This document shows positions 57,031 through 64,000 of a stretch of 64,000 nucleotides of DNA, piece by piece. Numbering within the stretch: the first letter of the stretch is position 1; every line of letters begins with the position of its first letter. Location of the stretch: IMG/VR virus record IMGVR_UViG_3300032163_000008, positions 15,205 to 79,204 of that record, one strand, 5' to 3'. This DNA comes from a virus. Position numbers and translations under genes: made by a program. The notes under the pieces were generated by a model that saw nothing but the letters and a program-made list of their open reading frames with translations, did not search any database and was not told the DNA's origin.

Positions 57031-57498
57031 ATGGCAAGCGCAACAAATCAAAAAGTACATACCTCTGCAACGGTTTTATTGCAGGTTGGTGGTAAAAACA
57101 TCGGAGTAGGACAGTCCGCTACAGCCACAGAACAATTTAATGTTCAACCTGTCTCTCGAGGATTTGGTAGTATTATGCCTTTAGAGCATGTAGCTACTGA
57201 GTGGAGTGCTAATATTGAAATGGATAAGTTTTATCTACGCAACCACAGCTTAGCCCAAATGGGTTTAGCAGCAAGTGGAAGCGGTATTCTAGCAATGGAG
57301 CCAATTAATATTGCTTTCATCGATAGTCTTCTTACTTCACAAGAGTTAACAACATTTCTCGGTTGTACTCTAATTACAAGATCATTTACGGTTACACACA
57401 ATAATATCGTTGGTGAAAGAGCCACGTGGTGGGCAATGGACGTTAAGAATGACACTCCAATGTACAGCCACAAAGTTACCGACTACATGAACCAATAA
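57031..57498 (+). CDS. Tail tube protein
   Basis: MASATNQKVHT...GSIMPLEHV...FLGC, as in Twort-like tubes. Confidence 0.88.
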   Translation: MASATNQKVHTSATVLLQVGGKNIGVGQSATATEQFNVQPVSRGFGSIMPLEHVATEWSANIEMDKFYLRNHSLAQMGLAASGSGILAMEPINIAFIDSLLTSQELTTFLGCTLITRSFTVTHNNIVGERATWWAMDVKNDTPMYSHKVTDYMNQ

Positions 57499-57517
57499 AG
57501 TCATCTTTTAAAACTTT

Positions 57518-57542
57518 ATAGCCTCTACCCAGAGGCTATTTT
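57518..57542 (+). terminator. Intrinsic terminator after tube gene
   Basis: ATAGCCTCT-ACCC-AGAGGCTAT-TTT. Confidence 0.75.
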
Positions 57543-57571
57543 AGTCTTCATATCAGGAAAAGGAGTTTTTT

Positions 57572-58027
57572 ATGGAACCAATGGAAGAACTAACGGAAGA
57601 GACTACAAGTTCAATGGAAGCATTGAGATCAGAACTAGATCAATTTAACGTAGATGACATCATCGTAGGAAAGGATAAGCGATTTACTTTCAGTGTAACC
57701 TACACGGACTATGATAGCCAGAAGTATGAAGGATCTTTTCAATCTCGCGTTCCCAGTATTGGGGACATTATCCAAATAGGTATTCTTGAAAGCTCCTACT
57801 ACAGTGGAGTAACAAATCGTGCCACACTTTCCCCAGAAATTCAGAACATTGCATTTATGAAGGCAACACTGAAGGTCTTGCTCGTAAATTGGCCCTCTTG
57901 GTTTAAGATTGAAGAGCTTGACAATTTAGCGCTGCTAGAGTCTATATATGTCCAACACGCATTGGTCGTAGAATCATTTAGAAAAAATAGCAAGATTGAA
58001 TTCAACAAATCCTCTATTAAAAGATAA
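57572..58027 (+). CDS. Tail assembly chaperone (G-like)
   Basis: Lies between tube and tape measure genes; ATL......P.WF motif. Confidence 0.75.
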   Translation: MEPMEELTEETTSSMEALRSELDQFNVDDIIVGKDKRFTFSVTYTDYDSQKYEGSFQSRVPSIGDIIQIGILESSYYSGVTNRATLSPEIQNIAFMKATLKVLLVNWPSWFKIEELDNLALLESIYVQHALVVESFRKNSKIEFNKSSIKR

Positions 58028-58370
58028 CAACTTTCATCGAGTCTTATTCTGGATCTGTAAGGAGTGGAAGGTACTCCCTACAGATCCTCGTTTTCTAAAC
58101 CTCACCCTAGAGCAGATTGATTGGTTGTTATTTTGGAATGAGCAGTCTAACCAGCCCCCTACTGTGGATATTAGTCCTGAAGCTATGTCCTTTATGGATA
58201 GCATCGATAAGGAAGTCGATGATAATCAAGTAGACAGGAGAAAAACACCTAAAGTGGAAACAGAGAAGTACATCAGTAGAGTGGAAGATGCTTTGCGTGT
58301 TTTTGAACAGGGTGGGGATGTTTCCGATTGGGAAGACGTCACAAAACAATTTTTACCAGCGGAGCAATAG
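57972..58370 (+). CDS. Tail assembly chaperone extension (T-like), probably made by frameshift
   Basis: +1 frame open from 57972 with no good SD/ATG; W....KVLPTDPRF..LT.EQI. Confidence 0.7.
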   Translation, partial: NHLEKIARLNSTNPLLKDNNFHRVLFWICKEWKVLPTDPRFLNLTLEQIDWLLFWNEQSNQPPTVDISPEAMSFMDSIDKEVDDNQVDRRKTPKVETEKYISRVEDALRVFEQGGDVSDWEDVTKQFLPAEQ

Positions 58371-60524
58371 ATGGCACCAAGAACCTCACAATATAAAGCC
58401 AATGCCCTTCATAACCTCACTGAGGGTATGTCTGCAATCCAAAAAATAAAGGATAATGCTGCTAGTATCGCAAAAGAGGGTGGGACGAGTAAGAGTGTTG
58501 AGAGAAGTAACACACACCTATTTGATGTAGTAAAGGGAGCAGCTTCCTCAGCCGAAACTCATATAAACTCATTCTCTAGGTCTCTCAAAGGATTACAGAA
58601 ACAGCTTGACAATATGACGAGTGGAGGCTCTCTTCAAGATAAGGATATCAAGCACTTTGAGGATCTTACGCAAGAGGTAGAGGGATACAAAAAGGCTCTT
58701 AAAGAAGCTAGAGACGCTCAGTCTCTCCTAAATGCTGAGAGTGCTAAAGCACATACGCAGGTAGAGCAGGTACAAAATAAGTTCCCTAATCCCCCCGCTA
58801 AAGGTGGTGGACCAGGGAAGACAGGTATGCAGTATCTGAGTACCTTCGGTGCTAATGCTGGCGTTCCAGGTATGGGTCTTCTGGGTTCAGCAAGTCTGGG
58901 CTTAGGCCTTGCAGCCGTAGCAGGTATGGCTGTCCAAAAATCCATTACGACATCCCTAGCTATAAACGCCAAGGCAGACCCTATGAGACTTCGTGGCATG
59001 AATATGGACTCCATACTCAACCAAGGGTATAAGATGGGTATGTATGGTAGGGAGTCAGCCGACTTAACAACATCATACGCTAGACAAGGTGGAATGGTAT
59101 CAGACAGTAAGTTCTACTCAATGGCCAAATTCAGTCGGGGTTTCGGTATGTCAGCGGAAGAGGCTGGTGGTGCTTTTGGAGGTATGGCCGGTACAATGGT
59201 TATGGGGGAAAGAAATAACGCCCGTCTTCCAGAGATGATAGCTGGTGCCTTTGCCAAAGGCTTAAGCAAAGCAGATCTTCCAAACTTCTTAGAAAACTTA
59301 AACCAGACGCTACAGCAGTTGAATCAAACCCTACCAGGTCTCAGTGAGAATCAGGTTAAGGCTGCAACAGCACTTACCGCAGGGATGTATGTAAGAGGAA
59401 ACGGTATGTTATCTACTGAGGGTGCTGGCAGGATGTCAAGAGGCATTCTAGCCGGTATGGCGGCGCCCCGTACCCAGATGATGTCATTAATGCAGCTGAT
59501 GCAATCAGGTGGATTAGACCCAGGAACTATGGCCGCTATGGTGAATTCCACAGGGCCCCTAGGCAGTACTTTAGGAGCTGGAGCAAAGAGTGCAATTATG
59601 GCTGGGATTAATGGTCCAGGAGCAAATGATTGGACACGTATACAGTCTATGCAGTCTATGGCAGAGGACCCAGGACTAGCTATACAGATGTTTAGTAAAA
59701 TCATGCCTAATATCAATCAGATGGGTGGTTTAGGCTATGTAACCCAGTTTATGAAAGAGAGCTTCGGAATGAAGCCTACTGAGGCTCAAGAGGCAACACA
59801 ACTTCTTGGGTTAACCGAAAGAACTGCAGAACAAAATGCTAGGTTGAAAGATCTCATGACTATTAAGGATGGAGCTAAGACTCTAAATGATCAGCTTGCC
59901 AAGGAAGCCAAGACGGTTACTGGTATAGCTAATAGGATAGGCGCTCCTTTAGAGCATGCTGCACTGTTTGCAGGAGATGTCTTGATAAAGTTTGCTGGAA
60001 AAGTGTTAAACATAACTCCTGGGAAGATGGCAGCTTTCGACGTATGGGATAAGGCTAGGAAAAACAACCTTGAGAATGGGAATCTTGCGTCCTTTATGAC
60101 GAAGGGCGACCCTCTATACACATTCTCTGGGAAGATCGGAGACTACTCGACAGACAACGCAATGCGAGAGGGTTGGACTGGTAAACTAAATGGAAGAAGT
60201 AGTATTGAGGGTATTTCTCCGGAAGAGAATGCTGCACTATCCCTATTGGGTACAGATGAGAATGCGAGACAACTCATAGATGCCAAATATAATGCAGAAG
60301 GAGCCTGGAAGCGATCTGTCGGTATCCTTAAGAGGACCGATGATGAAAAATCAGAGGGGGCGGGGTATAGAGCCATTATTCAGATGCTCATGGAGAAACT
60401 TCTAAATGGGGATGCCAAGACTACTCAAAAAGATCCGACAGAGCGTCTAATGGAGATTAAGATAAAGATAGACCAGAATAATAAGGTAGCATCAGCAAAC
60501 ATTGCCGAAGAGCGAGCAGCTTAA
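58371..60524 (+). CDS. Tape measure protein
   Basis: Ala/Gly/Met-rich helical protein after the chaperones. Confidence 0.8.
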   Translation: MAPRTSQYKANALHNLTEGMSAIQKIKDNAASIAKEGGTSKSVERSNTHLFDVVKGAASSAETHINSFSRSLKGLQKQLDNMTSGGSLQDKDIKHFEDLTQEVEGYKKALKEARDAQSLLNAESAKAHTQVEQVQNKFPNPPAKGGGPGKTGMQYLSTFGANAGVPGMGLLGSASLGLGLAAVAGMAVQKSITTSLAINAKADPMRLRGMNMDSILNQGYKMGMYGRESADLTTSYARQGGMVSDSKFYSMAKFSRGFGMSAEEAGGAFGGMAGTMVMGERNNARLPEMIAGAFAKGLSKADLPNFLENLNQTLQQLNQTLPGLSENQVKAATALTAGMYVRGNGMLSTEGAGRMSRGILAGMAAPRTQMMSLMQLMQSGGLDPGTMAAMVNSTGPLGSTLGAGAKSAIMAGINGPGANDWTRIQSMQSMAEDPGLAIQMFSKIMPNINQMGGLGYVTQFMKESFGMKPTEAQEATQLLGLTERTAEQNARLKDLMTIKDGAKTLNDQLAKEAKTVTGIANRIGAPLEHAALFAGDVLIKFAGKVLNITPGKMAAFDVWDKARKNNLENGNLASFMTKGDPLYTFSGKIGDYSTDNAMREGWTGKLNGRSSIEGISPEENAALSLLGTDENARQLIDAKYNAEGAWKRSVGILKRTDDEKSEGAGYRAIIQMLMEKLLNGDAKTTQKDPTERLMEIKIKIDQNNKVASANIAEERAA

Positions 60525-60527
60525 GCT

Positions 60528-63068
60528 ATGGTTACTCCTGATGGTCTCTTTGCAGTACCGAAATGCCATGTAGAGATACACTCTAGAATAGGAGTACTCA
60601 CCTTTACAGGGGTGGCCAATAAGGAAGATATCCCATATAAGACCAACACAGGAGTAGACAATTATTACAACAATAACATTAGATATAATAACCAAGATGA
60701 GTTCGCAGACTCCCTGGTAAGTTGTAGAACCTCAAAGAGCCTTGGGGATCCCTTTGGTACTTTTACATTGGAGCTAGTCAATAGAATCTTTCCAGATGGC
60801 GTAGCTCTTATAGATACACTAGATATGAAGCACCTCGTTATAATAAGGTTTTCTGGGGGATCTTCAGCAGAGCATCAACTTGACCCTCAAGTGGTTATGG
60901 TGGGTTTTATAGAGAGTATCTCTATAAACTCCACTTTCGGGATGTCACCTCAGCAACGTATAATAATTGAGGGTGCAGACTTTGGTAAGACTTTATATGA
61001 TGCAAAACTTATATTTGCTTATTGGGACAGTAAGAAGGCTTTCGTATTTCGAGGTAGAGACATAGCTGGCGCACTCACTTTAGTAAAGCGGGAAGCAATG
61101 ATCAATACACTCATGGAGGAGTTGTTTTACCCTAGGCATAACGCTACTTGGCTATATGACGGTAAGTCGATGACTGTGTCAGACTTCTTAACATATACCT
61201 TTGGGAGTTCAAAAGGATACGTATCAAGTTTTTTATCTAACTTCATAGTACCTGAGGGGTCTTTTTGGGATTCTTTTAAAGGGATTTCTAATGCACCCTT
61301 TTACGAGCTCTTTGTAGATGTAATACCTAAAAGACAGCTACGTAATTATGCAGGTTACATAAAGGACTATGACTTTCAGCTCTCTGAAGGAATCCATGCA
61401 CAAACCGTTACTGTCGATTATTCGGAGGAGCTTACTAGAAAGGATGATGCAAGTGTTGTTAGTTTTTTCAGCGCTAACGGAGATCCTGATTCAGAGTGCC
61501 AGATACGGCTCATGTTTAGAAGGGTACCTTTTATTGATGCAGAAGTGGGCACATTCTTTTACAAGAATTTGCCTAGTACTCATATATACCCTCAGGACAT
61601 TATAAGTCAATCCCTTACTAGATCTTCTCATGAGGTGGGTAATTATTTCGGTGTAGATTATCTTAGTGAGGATATCGATCTTCTGGGTAGTACATACTAC
61701 GCAGATAGTTCTGAAGAAAAACCCACCCTGTGGTCCGTGGCATGCCCAGAAACCATGGGGGTGTATGGACCTCGCAAGGTAAATGCCACACTAAACATCA
61801 TGCCAGAGGCCTTAAGAGAGCCTTATGTGTCATCAGGAAAGGCACCTCCACTAGTTCCAGTAGCAGTTAAATATGCGAATGAGGTAAGCTCTCTAGCGAA
61901 GACTGCTCAAGCAACTCTGAAGATATCAAACCCTGATGGCAAGTTTGGACTAGGTAGTATTAAGGTACTACGGAAAAGTGACCTTAAAGTTAAAGCCAAC
62001 TCAGATATATTCAATCAGATTGAAGGATTACTTATCCCCATATGGGCAGCTCCGGCACAACAGGCAGAGGTTCAGAGTCTTCTACAAGCGATTAAGCAAG
62101 CGATCAATACCACTGAATTAGTTCCTCAAAGAGATTTTGTAGAGTATGCTAAGGAGCATTCTAGACTTTTATTTGACTGGAATGTATACCAAGATGAGTA
62201 TCTTTCTGGCAGCTTTACTATTGAGGGTAACCCTGATCCTAAGATAGGTACCTTGTTAATTCTTGGAGATTCAAAAACTAACAAGCCTGAGCCGTCTTTT
62301 TATATACAGGCCGTAGTCCATGATTTTGTTTGCTTTGAATACTATAAGACCAGTATAGACGTTGTTCGTGGCATTGATGCTAATGAGGTATTTCCTGGGA
62401 AAGACTTTTTAAAGCACTCCAGAGAGGGTCTTGACTATAGGCGCAAGTCTCTCACGGACTTCGTAGGAGCTCTGGGAATAAACGCAAATAAGTCAAAAGG
62501 TAAGCTCGTAGGGCAAGTTGAAATTGTGATCAAGAGTGAGAAGCCAGCAGAGCAGAAGGCTCCAACATATACCCCCTTTACTAATGAGGGTAAGATTTCA
62601 GGTGTGGGCAGCTCGTTCGGATCAGTCAACAGCAACTACACAGCTGCAGTACCTATAGATCCCTCTCTTACCAATAGGGCATGGGGCAATCTTAATCTTA
62701 CTTTTAACTACTCGGACCCAGGTACAAATGCAATATATCCCCTTGGAGGCACCCCATATAACAAGTTTGGTACAGCAGCTAACTCCACAGTATTTGGAAC
62801 CCCTGCGGCTTCTTTTATGCAGTACTATAACGATAGAGACTACAACTCTGCAGTAGAGTTAGCTATAAACTCCAATCAATTTGGGGGTAATTTATTGGAC
62901 ATTAATCCTTTAAATATAAGTATGAGAAATAAAGACACTGTAGCAGCTTTGTTGGGGCAGGCATCATTCTATCAGAGGTCTTTATTTAATAAGCTGTGGG
63001 ATTTGGATCCGGAACTAGGGATGTACGTAGACTACCAGAGATTTACTGAAAAGAGGTTTGGAAATTAG
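60528..63068 (+). CDS. Baseplate hub / tail-associated protein
   Basis: TSK...G.FTL.L, VMVG.I..I, G.DFGK, PFYELF, SG..TI.G, FYI..V.H.F. Confidence 0.7.
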   Translation: MVTPDGLFAVPKCHVEIHSRIGVLTFTGVANKEDIPYKTNTGVDNYYNNNIRYNNQDEFADSLVSCRTSKSLGDPFGTFTLELVNRIFPDGVALIDTLDMKHLVIIRFSGGSSAEHQLDPQVVMVGFIESISINSTFGMSPQQRIIIEGADFGKTLYDAKLIFAYWDSKKAFVFRGRDIAGALTLVKREAMINTLMEELFYPRHNATWLYDGKSMTVSDFLTYTFGSSKGYVSSFLSNFIVPEGSFWDSFKGISNAPFYELFVDVIPKRQLRNYAGYIKDYDFQLSEGIHAQTVTVDYSEELTRKDDASVVSFFSANGDPDSECQIRLMFRRVPFIDAEVGTFFYKNLPSTHIYPQDIISQSLTRSSHEVGNYFGVDYLSEDIDLLGSTYYADSSEEKPTLWSVACPETMGVYGPRKVNATLNIMPEALREPYVSSGKAPPLVPVAVKYANEVSSLAKTAQATLKISNPDGKFGLGSIKVLRKSDLKVKANSDIFNQIEGLLIPIWAAPAQQAEVQSLLQAIKQAINTTELVPQRDFVEYAKEHSRLLFDWNVYQDEYLSGSFTIEGNPDPKIGTLLILGDSKTNKPEPSFYIQAVVHDFVCFEYYKTSIDVVRGIDANEVFPGKDFLKHSREGLDYRRKSLTDFVGALGINANKSKGKLVGQVEIVIKSEKPAEQKAPTYTPFTNEGKISGVGSSFGSVNSNYTAAVPIDPSLTNRAWGNLNLTFNYSDPGTNAIYPLGGTPYNKFGTAANSTVFGTPAASFMQYYNDRDYNSAVELAINSNQFGGNLLDINPLNISMRNKDTVAALLGQASFYQRSLFNKLWDLDPELGMYVDYQRFTEKRFGN

Positions 63069-63070
63069 TT

Positions 63071-63985
63071 ATGTGGATCCCACAAGAACACTTTAAAGCG
63101 AATACATACAAGAAGGATATTGTGCCTAATAGCTTTTCAGCCCTTCAGGTGGGTACGGTAAGGCGTACTAACTATGCAGACGATGCTACAGACGACCCAA
63201 CTATGGTAGTGGACACTGTGGATGTCAGCACAGACATAGGGATGCTATACCAGAATGTTCCTGTTATGGCTCCAAAGTTTTTTGACAACTATAAAAATGC
63301 TAGATACGTGTCTTCTTCTGTGAATGGGGAACATAAGATAACCGAAGTTATTAAAGAGGAGGATCTTGAATCAGACTCATGCATGTCCACAATTGACATC
63401 GATCTACCAACCCCTGGGACACGCGTTGTCTTGGGGTTTTTAAATGGGAAAGGCTATTTTCCGATTGTTTTGGGAAGCGTGCCAAATACCTCTGCACATG
63501 CGGAAGAGGCTCCTAATCGGTCTACTAGGTCTACCCCTACGGATGGTCCTAGTAGAAAGCTGTACGTGCATGAATCAAGATACTGGCAAAAGATTAACTA
63601 TAAGGGGGATTTTGAGGAGTCTTTTCCTGATGGAACTAAGATATCTATAAGCGATACAGTATTAACCGATAGTGATGATCTGTCAGAGGGATCCCGATTT
63701 GATAAGGCTACCATGGAAGCTGCTAAGACTGTGCGCATCAAGCATGCTACAGGAACTACTTTAACAATAAAGGCTGACGGAACTGTGGTTATTCACGCGA
63801 CAAAGATTCAAATAGGAGATGATGGAGATGACTCTGCTGATGGTTTAGTATTAGGAACTAAGCTGAAGAAGCTATTCAATGAGCATATGCATCCCACTGG
63901 AGTAGGTCCTTCAGGAACTCCTATAGTACCTATTATGAGTGCAACTGAAACCAATAGTGGCATCATTCAAATAAAGACTAGTTAA
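63071..63985 (+). CDS. Baseplate central spike (gpV-like)
   Basis: LP..G.RV.LGFL.G...PIVLG OB-fold; C-terminal FNEHMHPTGVGPSGTP (HxH). Confidence 0.8.
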   Translation: MWIPQEHFKANTYKKDIVPNSFSALQVGTVRRTNYADDATDDPTMVVDTVDVSTDIGMLYQNVPVMAPKFFDNYKNARYVSSSVNGEHKITEVIKEEDLESDSCMSTIDIDLPTPGTRVVLGFLNGKGYFPIVLGSVPNTSAHAEEAPNRSTRSTPTDGPSRKLYVHESRYWQKINYKGDFEESFPDGTKISISDTVLTDSDDLSEGSRFDKATMEAAKTVRIKHATGTTLTIKADGTVVIHATKIQIGDDGDDSADGLVLGTKLKKLFNEHMHPTGVGPSGTPIVPIMSATETNSGIIQIKTS

Positions 63986-64000
63986 TATGTCGGTATCTCA

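Noticed and set aside
455-58373. Stop-codon reassignment suggested by in-frame TAG-ATG junctions (457/458, 13528/13529, 58370/58371)
   Set aside because: Long conserved genes have no internal TAG, and the MCP ends in TAG directly before a terminator. The junctions are best explained as tight gene packing.

Overview
This 64-kb window is part of a large tailed dsDNA phage with a contractile tail. Its head and tail genes resemble those of the Twort/A511/SPO1-type (Herelleviridae-like) myoviruses. It uses the standard genetic code and is almost entirely on the + strand. From left to right: (1) small accessory ORFs and a ~700-bp repeat/A-tract-rich non-coding gap; (2) a reverse-strand cluster of five small charged proteins; (3) thioredoxin, an ART-like protein and an NAD+ salvage/nucleotide block (NAMPT, HAD-like protein, NMNAT-Nudix, metallophosphoesterase, MazG-like); (4) a GC-rich, highly structured ~230-nt candidate ncRNA; (5) three large charged putative internal-head proteins, then prohead protease, scaffold and major capsid protein; (6) a ~30-kb island of fibre/decoration genes between the capsid and neck genes, with five repeat-rich fibres up to 2225 aa, two paralogue triplets, and a Cys-rich protein coupled to a radical SAM/SPASM enzyme; (7) membrane/lysis-like genes and a YbgC-like thioesterase; (8) neck, sheath, tube, a frameshift-type chaperone pair, tape measure, hub and spike. 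A TATAATTA motif recurs upstream of late genes. The strongest candidates for undescribed biology are the rSAM/Cys-rich virion-protein modification module, the structured RNA, and a family of head-cargo proteins marked by a hydrophobic-x-K-[A/S/G] motif and nested internal starts. All family assignments come from motif recognition by eye; no searches were run, and the host is not identified.
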